NCBI GenBank assembly: GCA_024400495.1
Contig: JAKSMR010000003.1
Span: forward strand, 5,862-69,861
Direction: 5' to 3'
Length of the DNA stretch: 64,000 bases
Origin: Bacteroidales bacterium
GTDB lineage: Bacteria > Bacteroidota > Bacteroidia > Bacteroidales > P3
This document shows, one piece after another, positions 46,751 through 56,465 of the stretch. The notes beneath the pieces are model-generated. The model was not told the DNA's origin. It was given only the letters and a program-made list of their open reading frames with translations, and searched no databases. Numbering within the stretch: the stretch's first letter is position 1; each line of letters begins with the position of its first letter. Position numbers and translations under genes: made by a program.

Positions 46751-48028
46751 ATGACTCAAGAAACTCGCAAACAACTTCTCAACCTCATCCAACAGGAGGT
46801 TGTTCTGGCCACCGGATGCACCGAACCAGGTGCTGTAGCTCTCTGCGTAGCAAAATCGCGCGAACTCCTCGGCGCAATACCCGAGAAGGTGGAGCTGCTC
46901 CTCAGCAAGAACGTTTTCAAAAACGCCATGGGTGTCGGCATCCCCGGCACCGGCATGATCGGACTTCCCATCGCAGTAGCCATGGCCATTGTGGCGGGAA
47001 AGTCGGAGCGCGGACTGGAGATCCTCACCATTCCCCAAAGCGAAGTTGACGAAGCCAAAAGCTGGCTCTCCCAGAACGCATCACGCATCAGCATCGGCGT
47101 GAAAGAAGTTTGCGACAAGCTCTACATCGAGTGCACATGCACCAAAGGCAACGACAAAGCTACCGCCATCATCTCCGGACGCCACACCAGTTTCGTGCAC
47201 CTTGAGAAGAACGGCAAGATCGAGCTCTCCCAAGAAACCGGAAGCACTACAGCAAGCCAAGGAAGCAGCCCCGAAGAAATCAAGCTTTCCGCCCGGATGG
47301 TATACGATTTCGCCACAACGGCACCTATCGAAGAGCTGGAGTTCATCCGCGAGACCGTAAAATACAATTCTGCCGCAGCCAACGAAGGCCTGAAAGGATA
47401 CGGCCTCAACACGGGTAAGATCCTGATGGAGAACGCTCACGGAGACATCGTCCACACCGTAGTCGCCCGTACCGTTGCCGCCTCCGACGCCCGCATGGAC
47501 GGCTGCCAGCTCTCCGTCTATAGCAACAGCGGTAGCGGAAACCAAGGCATCTGCTGCACCTTGCCCGTATACGAATACGGAAGCGCCAAAGGATGCAGCG
47601 AAGAGCAGATCACCCGAGCCCTAATCCTCAACCACCTGATGTCCATCTATGTAAAACGTGGCATTGGGCGCCTGTCAGCCCTTTGTGGCATCGTCAACGC
47701 CTCCATCGGAGTAACCTCCGGTCTGGTTTACCTCCAAGGCGGCTCGTTCGACGAGATCTGCTATGCTATCAAAAACATGATCAACACGTTAGCCGGCATG
47801 GTTTGCGACGGAGCAAAGCCCAGCTGCGCCCTCAAGATGTCGGCCGGACTTTATAGCGCTTTCGTCAACGCCGAACTCGCAAGACACGGAAAAGTTGTAG
47901 ATGCAACCGACGGCATCTCCGAAAGAGACATCGACTTCTCCATCCGCAACCTCGGACATCTAGGCCACGATGGTATGGATCAGACCGATGACGTGGTGCT
48001 TGACATAATGACACACAAGGCTTTATAG
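46751..48028 (+). CDS. UPF0597 / serine-dehydratase-alpha-like protein (cysteine desulfidase-like)
   Basis: 425 aa. ATGCTEPGAVALCVA, NSGSGNQGI, and GMVCDGAKPSCALK. Confidence 0.78.
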   Translation: MTQETRKQLLNLIQQEVVLATGCTEPGAVALCVAKSRELLGAIPEKVELLLSKNVFKNAMGVGIPGTGMIGLPIAVAMAIVAGKSERGLEILTIPQSEVDEAKSWLSQNASRISIGVKEVCDKLYIECTCTKGNDKATAIISGRHTSFVHLEKNGKIELSQETGSTTASQGSSPEEIKLSARMVYDFATTAPIEELEFIRETVKYNSAAANEGLKGYGLNTGKILMENAHGDIVHTVVARTVAASDARMDGCQLSVYSNSGSGNQGICCTLPVYEYGSAKGCSEEQITRALILNHLMSIYVKRGIGRLSALCGIVNASIGVTSGLVYLQGGSFDEICYAIKNMINTLAGMVCDGAKPSCALKMSAGLYSAFVNAELARHGKVVDATDGISERDIDFSIRNLGHLGHDGMDQTDDVVLDIMTHKAL

Positions 48029-48134
48029 GCTTTATAACACCCATGTGTTGATAAAAACCAACCGATAAAGAACGAAAAACGCAAGATTATTCGTAATTTT
48101 GCAAAAAATTATTAATCAGACAAAGAAATACACT

Positions 48135-48515
48135 ATGGATTTCAACAACAGAATGAAAGAAGAACTTTATTCGCAACAGATCAACGCTGGAAAACGAAAA
48201 TATTTCTTCGACGTGAAGGCCACTAAAGGTGGCGACAAATTCATTACCATTGCCGAAAGCCGCAAGATCTTCGACAACAACACAGGTAATTTCACCTACG
48301 AAAAGAACAAGATGTTCCTCTACAAAGAGGACTTTGAGAAATTCAAGAAAGGCCTGGAGAACGCATTCCGTTTCATCGAAACCGGAGAGATGCCCGAGAT
48401 AGACGTAAATACAGAGTTCGCTCGCGAGAACGATTTCCGCGCAAACTCCGTCAACTCCACCGACATCGACCTCAGCGGCAGCGCAGCTCTGGACGACATC
48501 AACCTGAATTTCTAA
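48135..48515 (+). CDS. PUR-alpha-like DUF3276 nucleic-acid-binding protein
   Basis: LYSQQINAGKRKYFFDVKATKGGDKFITIAESRK ... NKMFLYKEDFEKFKKGL. Confidence 0.7.
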   Translation: MDFNNRMKEELYSQQINAGKRKYFFDVKATKGGDKFITIAESRKIFDNNTGNFTYEKNKMFLYKEDFEKFKKGLENAFRFIETGEMPEIDVNTEFARENDFRANSVNSTDIDLSGSAALDDINLNF

Positions 48516-48560
48516 CACGCTTTTCGCCTTCTTCTAAAGAAAAAAACAACAAAAACCACT

Positions 48561-49352
48561 ATGGGAAAAATCATCTCAATAGCCAACCAGAAAGGCGGCG
48601 TAGGCAAGACCACTACCGCGGTCAACCTCAGCGCCTCCTTAGCTGTGTTTGAATATAAGGTTCTCCTGATCGACGCCGACCCACAGGCCAACGCCACATC
48701 GGGTCTGGGTTTCGACCCCGAGAATTTGGAATGTAGCGCCTACGAATGTTTTCTCGGCCAGGCAAATGTGCGGGATTGTATTGTTGAGACAGATACTCCC
48801 AACCTCTATCTTCTCCCCACACGCATCGACCTGGTTGGCGCCGAGCTGGAGCTGGTGAACGAGAAACAACGCGAATACTTCATCTCCAAAGCCTTGGCAG
48901 ATGTCCGCGACGAATACGATTTCATCATCATCGACTGCTCTCCGTCGTTAGGCCTTATCACCTTAAACGCCCTTACCGCCTCCGATTCGGTAATCATTCC
49001 CATCCAAAGCGAATATTTCGCTCTCGAAGGTCTGGGCAAACTCCTCAACACCGTTCGCATCGTCCAGACCCGACTCAATCCTAACCTGAGCATCGAAGGT
49101 CTGCTCATCACCATGTACGATGCACGTCTGCGATTGGCCCGTCAGGTGGTAGAAGACGTACGACAGCACTTCAAACAGATGGTGTTCGACACGCTCATCT
49201 ATCGCAACACAAAACTGGCAGAAGCCCCCAGCTACGGAAAGTCCATCATCATGCACGACGCATCTTGCTCGGGTGCAATCAACTACATCAACCTCGCCAA
49301 CGAGATCCTCAAACGCAACGGACTTATAGAAGAAGAGGGCGAGAATCAATAA
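48561..49352 (+). CDS. parA: Chromosome partitioning ATPase ParA/Soj
   Basis: ISIANQKGGVGKTTTAVNL deviant Walker A, and IIIDCSPSLG. Confidence 0.93.
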   Translation: MGKIISIANQKGGVGKTTTAVNLSASLAVFEYKVLLIDADPQANATSGLGFDPENLECSAYECFLGQANVRDCIVETDTPNLYLLPTRIDLVGAELELVNEKQREYFISKALADVRDEYDFIIIDCSPSLGLITLNALTASDSVIIPIQSEYFALEGLGKLLNTVRIVQTRLNPNLSIEGLLITMYDARLRLARQVVEDVRQHFKQMVFDTLIYRNTKLAEAPSYGKSIIMHDASCSGAINYINLANEILKRNGLIEEEGENQ

Positions 49353-49401
49353 ACTGACCATCAAGAAAACAATACTATAAGAATCAGCAATCGTTACTAC
49401 C

Positions 49402-50283
49402 ATGGCTAAACAAAAAATAGGCGGTTTAGGACGCGGTCTTGGCTCCATCCTTCCTGATGTGGAAGATCTGACAACAGGAAACAAAACTGTCACCACTTCA
49501 GTTACAACCATTCCATTGAAAGATGTCGAGGCCAATCCTTATCAGCCCCGCAAGGAATTTGACGAACAGGCACTTAACGATCTGGCAGAGTCCATCAAGC
49601 ACCAAGGTGTCATTACCCCTATTACCGTTCGCAAGATGCCCAATGGCAAATATCAGATCATTGCCGGCGAACGACGTTGCCGCGCTTCACAACTGGCTGG
49701 TTTGACAGAAATCCCCGCCTACATCCGTGTAGCCACAGACAGCCAGATCATGGAAATGGCATTGGTTGAGAACATCCAGCGCGAGAACCTCAACGCCATG
49801 GAGATAGCCTTTTCCTATAGCGCCCTCATTGAAGAGTGCAAACTCAGCCAGGAGGAACTCAGCAAACGAGTAGGCAAGGACCGATCCACCATCAGCAACT
49901 ACCTCCGACTCCTGAACCTCCCCTCCGAGACACAGATCGCCCTCAACGAAGAAAAGATTTCCATGGCACACGCTCGTTGCCTTGTAAATCTCGAAGACAT
50001 TGAAGCCCAGAACTCGGCACTACACACCATCATCGACAAAGGACTCTCCGTCCGCCAGACCGAACAGTTGGTAAAAGAAATGGTACAGCCCAAACCATCC
50101 ATTACCAAACGCAGAAAAGACGACTTGCCCGAACGTCATGCTGCAGCTCGCAGTTCTTTGAAGCAGCATCTCCAGTCGGAAATCGAAATCGTTCGCAGCA
50201 GAAAAGGCAAAGGAACTGTTACCATTCATTTCAACAACGACAACGACTTCGACCGCATTATTAAATTGATCGACAAACAATAA
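49402..50283 (+). CDS. parB: Chromosome partitioning protein ParB/Spo0J
   Basis: GLGRGLGSILP, NPYQPRKEFDEQALNDLAESIKHQGVITPITVR, IIAGERRCRAS, and an HTH segment. Confidence 0.93.
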   Translation: MAKQKIGGLGRGLGSILPDVEDLTTGNKTVTTSVTTIPLKDVEANPYQPRKEFDEQALNDLAESIKHQGVITPITVRKMPNGKYQIIAGERRCRASQLAGLTEIPAYIRVATDSQIMEMALVENIQRENLNAMEIAFSYSALIEECKLSQEELSKRVGKDRSTISNYLRLLNLPSETQIALNEEKISMAHARCLVNLEDIEAQNSALHTIIDKGLSVRQTEQLVKEMVQPKPSITKRRKDDLPERHAAARSSLKQHLQSEIEIVRSRKGKGTVTIHFNNDNDFDRIIKLIDKQ

Positions 50284-50295
50284 CCCAACACACGA

Positions 50296-50907
50296 GTGTC
50301 TCTATTTATACATAACAATCGCAATAGAGCAAAGGCCGTTGCTTTTGCTCTATTTGCTTTGCTTTCCGGCGTATCAATAGGACAAAATGTTTCGGAACAG
50401 AAATTAACCGAAGCCACTCCCGCTTCTATCATAGAAAAACCCCATAGTCCTAACAAGGCATTGGTACTATCTGCCATATTACCAGGAGCTGGTCAGGTTT
50501 ACAACCATCAGGCCTGGAAGATACCCATCGTATATACAGGCCTGGGTGGGGTAGGGTACCTCATATATAACAATTACCAGAAGATGACATTCTTCAAAGA
50601 AGAATATCTTTATCGTGTCAATCACGACGACACACCCTTGGATGCATCTTACACTTCGTACCCGACAACCAATATCTATAATTTATACGAATCGTATAGC
50701 AAGAACTTCCAGCTATATATCTTTGTCGAAGCCGCCATATACGGATTAAACCTATTAGATGCCTACGTCTTCGGTCATTTATTTGATTTTGAAATCAACG
50801 ACGACCTATCTCTACAGATGTATCCATCCCTGCAATACCAGCCGTCTGCTGTCTATCTGGGAGGTAATTCACTCGCCCCCACATTGTCTTTATCTTTGAG
50901 ATTCTAG
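50296..50907 (+). CDS. DUF5683-like membrane protein commonly found after parB in Bacteroidetes
   Basis: GTG start and signal-like N-terminus. SAILPGAGQVYNHQAWKIPIVY motif. Confidence 0.6.
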   Translation: MSLFIHNNRNRAKAVAFALFALLSGVSIGQNVSEQKLTEATPASIIEKPHSPNKALVLSAILPGAGQVYNHQAWKIPIVYTGLGGVGYLIYNNYQKMTFFKEEYLYRVNHDDTPLDASYTSYPTTNIYNLYESYSKNFQLYIFVEAAIYGLNLLDAYVFGHLFDFEINDDLSLQMYPSLQYQPSAVYLGGNSLAPTLSLSLRF

Positions 50908-50910
50908 CCC

Positions 50911-51672
50911 TTATTTCTTAAAGGGATTGGCGGTCTTCGCAGAATTTAGCGCTTGACGGAAGGGGATTTTATATCCTAGCGCAATAGAGAATGTACGATT
51001 GGTACCAGTATGACCTGTCTCGTTTCGCATCAATTTATCTCCAGTACCGTATTGAGTATCGATATACTTGTAGACATCCTTGGTATCCCGAAGTGGAATA
51101 AATCCCCAATAGCATACAAAATCCAAGGTAAGATTGTTCAACTCAAATCCAATAGAGGACTGAAGACCTACGTCTAGTCTACGAAGATGCTTGAAGGCGG
51201 ACTCTTTTATCTCGTAATTAATCGCAGGATTGTCCGTTATGTCGCTAGTCTGCTCTTCGTTTATCCTTCCAAACAAACCACACCTGAACTCTGGTCCAAC
51301 ATTAATATTGACACTTTTTCCTCGACCGGCAAAATAGAGAGGCTTGTTCCAATTAACCAACACCGGCAAGGAGAGATATTGCATAGCATATTTCCCTTTT
51401 TGCACACTTTCCCATACGGGAAAATCCATTGTATAACGAGAACCACAACGTTCAACAAACAGTCCGCCTTGTACTGCGAAATGCTGATAGCGCTTTGTAA
51501 ATCCGTATTGGACAAACAAACCAGCACCACAGGATAGGATTGGGGCGTTGTCAAACAGATCATCCGAGGCGTATGCAAATCCTGAAGCAAGCCTAACTCC
51601 TGCGACAGAGAATTGCGCATTCATCGGAAGCGCCGCGAAAATCATTACTACTACCAACAGAATCTTCTTCAT
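50911..51672 (-). CDS. Outer-membrane beta-barrel protein (porin-family-like)
   Basis: Signal peptide MKKILLVVVMIFAALPMNAQ. Alternating amphipathic strands. Ends in an aromatic-rich PFKK region. Confidence 0.62.
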   Translation of the reverse strand: MKKILLVVVMIFAALPMNAQFSVAGVRLASGFAYASDDLFDNAPILSCGAGLFVQYGFTKRYQHFAVQGGLFVERCGSRYTMDFPVWESVQKGKYAMQYLSLPVLVNWNKPLYFAGRGKSVNINVGPEFRCGLFGRINEEQTSDITDNPAINYEIKESAFKHLRRLDVGLQSSIGFELNNLTLDFVCYWGFIPLRDTKDVYKYIDTQYGTGDKLMRNETGHTGTNRTFSIALGYKIPFRQALNSAKTANPFKK

Positions 51673-51679
51673 CTTCGTT

Positions 51680-53215
51680 CTATCTTAACACCTCAATCAC
51701 TCCATTATGTTCTAATGACTTGTTGATATTTCTGGCCTGGAACCTATAGAAATAAGTACCATCGGGAGAGTTTGTCTTGTTGGGATCCCAGAAATCATCC
51801 TTGGTTTTCATATCTTTACCCTTGAACACCAATCGTCCATCTCGACTATAGATCCAGATGCTGTTATGGTCGAATATGGTTGCATCTACCCAGCCAGAGA
51901 TGTCAAAAACATCATTGATCCCATCTCCATTAGGCGTCACGGCATTAGGTCCCATAAAACAGGTGACCGTAAGATCCAATGTATAGGTGGAATCACACTT
52001 ATGAATATCCGGGAACACCAGATCGTGCATACCTTGTTCGTTCTCATAGAATCCATAACCGGTATATATATCACCACTATAGATTTCCGCTTCTATTGTG
52101 TCACGGAAGACCGGCCAACGAATCAAGTCCAAACATTTGATACTATCACATCCATATTGATATGTGGTAAGCATTAGCGAATAGAAACCTGTTGTATCGG
52201 CGTTGAAACCGTTCAATGTATAGCTCTCGTCACAAGTTTCAATAAACAGAGTGTCGGTATAGGAAGGCGCGACAAAAAGGGTATGGGAAACCGTATCCAT
52301 GCAGCCTCTATAGCCAGCCTCAACCCATACGACAGTATCAGACAAAGCCGCACCACGGGGCAATATAGAGTCGTTCGAACCATCAAACCAATGATATGTA
52401 GGATTAAACAACGGAGAAACAACACATTGCAATCCTATCGGCCGTCCCTCGCATACCGTATCTGGACCAACAATAGAACGATAGAGTGGGGGACATACCG
52501 TCCCCATAGCACCCTGGCCCATGCAAGGAGCACTACTTTGCTCAAGAATAACGAAATTCATGAACAGAGTGCTATCCCAATCCGTGATGACGATTACGTT
52601 GGTATCTGCATATAAGGTTGTATACGTGACGGTTGAATCGGCAAAGACCTCGTTGCTATTATCGTTCCCCGAATGAAGATAGCGCAAGACCCAATGGGTG
52701 TTCACGTCATCTTCGTTCCATGTAATCATGACAGATGTGTCGGAAAGGTATTGATACTGAACATTCTGAGCCACAGCAGATTTACTCACCTCACATATTT
52801 CAATCATAAAACCTTCGTATGAGGCAGAATCAACAAAGTAATGTAACGTCAGCTGGTTTGAATCGGAATAGAACGAGTAGTAACCGTTTGTTCCGTATGG
52901 AGTTGAGGAAGAGAACAGCAGAGAAGAATCTGCCACAGACGGTCCATCAAACAGCTTGACGTAAGCAGAGTCAGGATTGGATCCTATATTGTGCCAGATT
53001 TTCACCCAATAGGAATTTTGTGGGTTGTTGGTGGAACACGTTAATGTTGCATCACAAAAGGCAGAGCAGTTTCCTGCCGAACCGCCATCATCATAGATAA
53101 TCATATGGCTGGTAGTTATACTCTGGTCGCCTGACCGATGGAAGATAAACACCTGGCCATAAATATCACCAAGGCAAATTAATAAAGATAATATGAGAAG
53201 GAACAATCGTTTCAT
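51680..53215 (-). CDS. Cysteine-rich surface protein with T9SS type B (gliding-motility-associated) C-terminal domain
   Basis: The C-terminus PNAVTPNGDGINDVFDI...IWIYSRDGRLVFKG...WDPNKTNSPDGTYFYRF is the type B CTD signature. Signal peptide present. CDS..L(D/N)LTV motifs. Confidence 0.82.
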   Translation of the reverse strand: MKRLFLLILSLLICLGDIYGQVFIFHRSGDQSITTSHMIIYDDGGSAGNCSAFCDATLTCSTNNPQNSYWVKIWHNIGSNPDSAYVKLFDGPSVADSSLLFSSSTPYGTNGYYSFYSDSNQLTLHYFVDSASYEGFMIEICEVSKSAVAQNVQYQYLSDTSVMITWNEDDVNTHWVLRYLHSGNDNSNEVFADSTVTYTTLYADTNVIVITDWDSTLFMNFVILEQSSAPCMGQGAMGTVCPPLYRSIVGPDTVCEGRPIGLQCVVSPLFNPTYHWFDGSNDSILPRGAALSDTVVWVEAGYRGCMDTVSHTLFVAPSYTDTLFIETCDESYTLNGFNADTTGFYSLMLTTYQYGCDSIKCLDLIRWPVFRDTIEAEIYSGDIYTGYGFYENEQGMHDLVFPDIHKCDSTYTLDLTVTCFMGPNAVTPNGDGINDVFDISGWVDATIFDHNSIWIYSRDGRLVFKGKDMKTKDDFWDPNKTNSPDGTYFYRFQARNINKSLEHNGVIEVLR

Positions 53216-53322
53216 TTAATTCTGATTATTATACTTTATTAATTCTTTCTTTATCGTTACAAATGCTATAAGAAACTGATGATGAACATTTTCCGTATTC
53301 GTCACCGAGATAATTTTCCTTG

Positions 53323-53330
53323 CAAATATA
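53323..53330 (-). promoter_or_regulatory. -7 box (TATATTTG on the minus strand) upstream of the type B CTD gene
   Basis: CAAATATA on the plus strand, about 108 nt upstream of the ATG at 53215. Confidence 0.4.
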
Positions 53331-53554
53331 CGACTTTTTTTTAATATATATATAAGTATTGTAAAATTCAAAGTATTGATAGGGGAGGGCCAACAATTCG
53401 GCGACAATAGCATATGGTTAAAGCAAACATTGATTTGCAGATGGTTACTTGCTTGTTTTTCAAGAATCAAGAGACTCCAATTTGAACTTTCGAAATATCT
53501 TCGTAAGGCGTATCCTTCTAACAGAAAAGGATTTGCCATATAGCAGCAAGAAGC

Positions 53555-53611
53555 TTAAAGGGACTTTTAGCAGACGAAAGTCCCTATAAAGTCTCTTTAA
53601 AGTCCCTTTAA
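53555..53611. repeat. 11-bp-register micro-array E: one inverted unit plus three tandem units AAAGTC(C/T)C at 53577, 53588, 53599
   Basis: TTAAAGGGACTTT (53555-53567) is the exact reverse complement of AAAGTCCCTTTAA (53599-53611). Tandem units are AAAGTCCCTAT / AAAGTCTCTTT / AAAGTCCCTTT. Confidence 0.8.
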
Positions 53612-53913
53612 CTCATAGGATGCGCCGAGATGCATCGAAGATGATTAGGTGTTACAAAGAAGCAGATGTATGACAAGGGCAACGTTCGTAATATATAAAC
53701 CGCCCTTTACCTATTTAACATAATACGAATTATAGGCAAATATAATCAAAAAGAAACAGCATCGTCAAATTGACAAAGTTTGTCTGAATTACTATCCTGA
53801 TTTAAAAATCCAGACCTTTTCGTAGAATAAAACGCTTTTTCGAAAATCCTATACGAAAACCAAAGAATGAAGAAAAAAAATATAAATATGTTCGTTAATA
53901 TAAAAAATATGTG

Positions 53914-53921
53914 TAAATTTG
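53914..53921 (+). promoter_or_regulatory. -7 box TAAATTTG upstream of the nrnA-like gene
   Basis: TAnnTTTG match 24 nt upstream of the ATG. Confidence 0.45.
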
Positions 53922-53944
53922 TAGTCTGAAATTATAAGCATCAA

Positions 53945-54976
53945 ATGGCATTAGTAATTGACAATAAAAAGATTGAGTCGATTCTTGAGTTGGTTCAAGG
54001 ATCAAAAAAAGTGCTTATCCTGGCACATATGAACCCCGATGGCGACGCTATAGGATCAATGTTAGGCCTGGCTCATCTTTTGAAAAGAAATGCCGGATTC
54101 GCAGACGAGGACCTTTTTCTGCTGCTGCCAAATGTTTGTCCGGAAAGTTTCAGATTTCTCCCTGGTAGCGAGCGAATTATATGCGCAGACACACAATTTG
54201 AGCTATGTCAGAAAGCTTTTGAGGAAACAGATCTGATCATAGGTGTTGATTTCAACAACACTACCCGTATAGGTCGCTTGCAAGAATTGGTCGAGCAATC
54301 GAAGAAGCCGAAGATCCTTATCGACCACCACCACGGTCCCGATCAAGAGAGGTTCTCCCCTATCGTTTCTGTAGTTGACCTTTCCTCCACATGCGAACTG
54401 ATCTATTGGTTGTGCAACGCCTGCTGGGGAACAAATGGTCTTTCCATAGAGGCCGCAAGATGCTTATATACTGGTATTTGTACCGATACCGGAAGCTTTG
54501 CCTACGCCAACGAGAGCAGTTCTCTTTACGAGGCCGCGTCGGAACTGGTGAAACACGATATTGGTCCAGCAGAGATACACAATGAGATATTCAACGATTT
54601 CAGCGTCAATCGAATGCAGTTCTTCGGATATTGTATTTCCGAGAGACTGCGGATTTTTGAAGACAAAGGGTTTGCCTATTTCTACATCTCCCAGCAGGAC
54701 CAACAAAAATTTTCGGTAAAGGAAAGCGATACCGAAGGCTTGGTAAACTACACCTTGATGATGAGAAACATTCACGTAGGCGCCCTTGTGAAAGAACTGA
54801 AGGACAAAGTGAGAATCTCATTCCGCAGCAAGAAGGATTTCGACGTAAACACCTATGCCAGAACATATTTCTCCGGAGGCGGCCACACCAAAGCCTCGGG
54901 GGCAACATCAACATTGAACTTCCAGGACACGTTAGAAAAACTTGAGGAGACCATGTTGGAGGAATTGAGCAGATAA
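53945..54976 (+). CDS. nrnA: DHH/DHHA1 phosphoesterase (NrnA-like oligoribonuclease/pAp phosphatase)
   Basis: LAHMNPDGDAIGS, IDHHHGP (DHH), and the C-terminal motif GGGHTKASG. Confidence 0.85.
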   Translation: MALVIDNKKIESILELVQGSKKVLILAHMNPDGDAIGSMLGLAHLLKRNAGFADEDLFLLLPNVCPESFRFLPGSERIICADTQFELCQKAFEETDLIIGVDFNNTTRIGRLQELVEQSKKPKILIDHHHGPDQERFSPIVSVVDLSSTCELIYWLCNACWGTNGLSIEAARCLYTGICTDTGSFAYANESSSLYEAASELVKHDIGPAEIHNEIFNDFSVNRMQFFGYCISERLRIFEDKGFAYFYISQQDQQKFSVKESDTEGLVNYTLMMRNIHVGALVKELKDKVRISFRSKKDFDVNTYARTYFSGGGHTKASGATSTLNFQDTLEKLEETMLEELSR

Positions 54977-55491
54977 TGAGCAGAAGATTCAGACATATCA
55001 TCCTTTCGTTTGTGCTAGCAACTTGGTTCCTGTCTGGTTGCGACAACACTCCTGTCATCGAGGTACAATCCAAGACCGACCCATACAAGGAGAATATGAT
55101 CAACGCAAACAAGAACATTGCCGGCGCAGAAGACACCCAGATAAAGAGCTATATAGATCGCCGAGGATGGAAAATGACGCAACTCTCTAATGGAGAATGG
55201 ATTGAAGTCACAAAGCCAGGGAAAGGGCCAAAAATTTCTTACGAAGATTCTGTTTCTGTATCCTATAGGCTCGAAGCCCTCAACGGAGCTGTTTTCTATG
55301 AAAATCAAGAAGAAACATTTGTTGTAGGACGCCACCAGACTACTGTTGGTCTTGATAGAGCCGTGATGGAATTCCAACACGGAACCGAAGCACGCGTCGT
55401 GCTGCCTTCCTCTCTAGCATATGGAATTGTGGGCGATGGCGACAGAGTTCCAGGAAGAGCCGTGCTAATCTATTATCTTAAAGTGAAATAA
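54976..55491 (+). CDS. FKBP-type peptidyl-prolyl cis-trans isomerase lipoprotein
   Basis: Lipobox FLSGC. FKBP core VSVSYRLEALNGAVFY...VGLDRAV...G..ARVVLPSSLAYG. Confidence 0.85.
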   Translation: MSRRFRHIILSFVLATWFLSGCDNTPVIEVQSKTDPYKENMINANKNIAGAEDTQIKSYIDRRGWKMTQLSNGEWIEVTKPGKGPKISYEDSVSVSYRLEALNGAVFYENQEETFVVGRHQTTVGLDRAVMEFQHGTEARVVLPSSLAYGIVGDGDRVPGRAVLIYYLKVK

Positions 55492-55524
55492 TCGAATCAA
55501 ACAATAAAACACATTAACATACCA

Positions 55525-56436
55525 ATGAAAAAACAAATCAAGATGGCCATCATCATGGCCTTTGCAGCATTAACAGTTGTTAGCTGCTCCGACCTTCCCG
55601 GTTACAAGAAGACCGACAAGGGCCTGTATTACAAATTTGTAAAACAGGATAAGAAAGCCCAGCAGGCTCAGAAGGGTGACGTACTGGTTGCCGAAATCAC
55701 CATGCGCATCAACGAAGACACACTCTTCTCAAATGTCGGTCAGCCCGGCCGCATGCTCCAGGTTGGCGAAAATATGTTTGACGGCGATCTTCACGAAGGT
55801 CTTCTCATGATGCACGTTGGCGACGTCGCCAGCTTTGCTATCGACGCAGACAAGATGGCCAAATTCTACCAGGGACACATGCCTCCCCAGTACAAGGAGA
55901 ACAATGGCGACAAGATCTACTACGACATAACCCTCGTAGATATCGTGACCAAGGAAGAGATTGCCGAAGAACAGAACAACTTCCAGATGGCCATGGAAGA
56001 ACGCCGCACCCAGGAGCCCGAAATCATAGCCAACTTCATTAAAGAGAACAATATCACAGCCAAACCCAACGCTAACGGAGTTTACGTAATCGTAAAGAAA
56101 CAAGGCAATGGTCCCAAGGTTGCTGTTGGCAAAGAGGTTTCGATGAACTATACCGGACGTCTTCTTGACGGCACCATGTTCGACACCAGCGTAGAGAAAG
56201 ACGCCCAGGAAGGCGGCATCTATCAGCAGGGCCGTCCCTACGAACCCCTCTCCTATGTTGTTGGCAAGATGAGACTCATCAGCGGTTGGGAAGAAGGCGT
56301 TATGGGTCAGCCTGCCGGCACCCAGCTCCGCCTCGTCATTCCTTCCGCACAAGGTTACGGCGCCCAGGGCGCAGGCCAGACCATCATGCCCTACAGCCCC
56401 TTATGCTTTGACATCGAGATCGTTTCAGTAAAATAA
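55525..56436 (+). CDS. FKBP-type peptidyl-prolyl cis-trans isomerase lipoprotein (N-terminal degenerate FKBP-like region plus C-terminal FKBP domain)
   Basis: Lipobox VVSC. VSMNYTGRLLDGTMFDTS...ISGWEEGVMGQPAGTQLRLVIPSAQGYG. Confidence 0.85.
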   Translation: MKKQIKMAIIMAFAALTVVSCSDLPGYKKTDKGLYYKFVKQDKKAQQAQKGDVLVAEITMRINEDTLFSNVGQPGRMLQVGENMFDGDLHEGLLMMHVGDVASFAIDADKMAKFYQGHMPPQYKENNGDKIYYDITLVDIVTKEEIAEEQNNFQMAMEERRTQEPEIIANFIKENNITAKPNANGVYVIVKKQGNGPKVAVGKEVSMNYTGRLLDGTMFDTSVEKDAQEGGIYQQGRPYEPLSYVVGKMRLISGWEEGVMGQPAGTQLRLVIPSAQGYGAQGAGQTIMPYSPLCFDIEIVSVK

Positions 56437-56465
56437 TAACCAATCCCATTAAAAGACTAAACACA

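Noticed and set aside
48520-50300. A parS site (TGTTTCACGTGAAACA-like) near parAB, and DnaA-box clusters suggesting oriC near dnaB/gyrA
   Set aside because: I could not find a palindromic CACGTG-centred parS match or clustered TTATCCACA boxes by eye. Only isolated partial matches occur (for example ATAACCACA at 58790). No call is made.
53216-53539. 107-aa ORF on the minus strand upstream of the type B CTD gene
   Set aside because: It is AT-rich and low complexity, it overlaps the predicted -7 box and 5' leader of the downstream gene, and it has no family resemblance.
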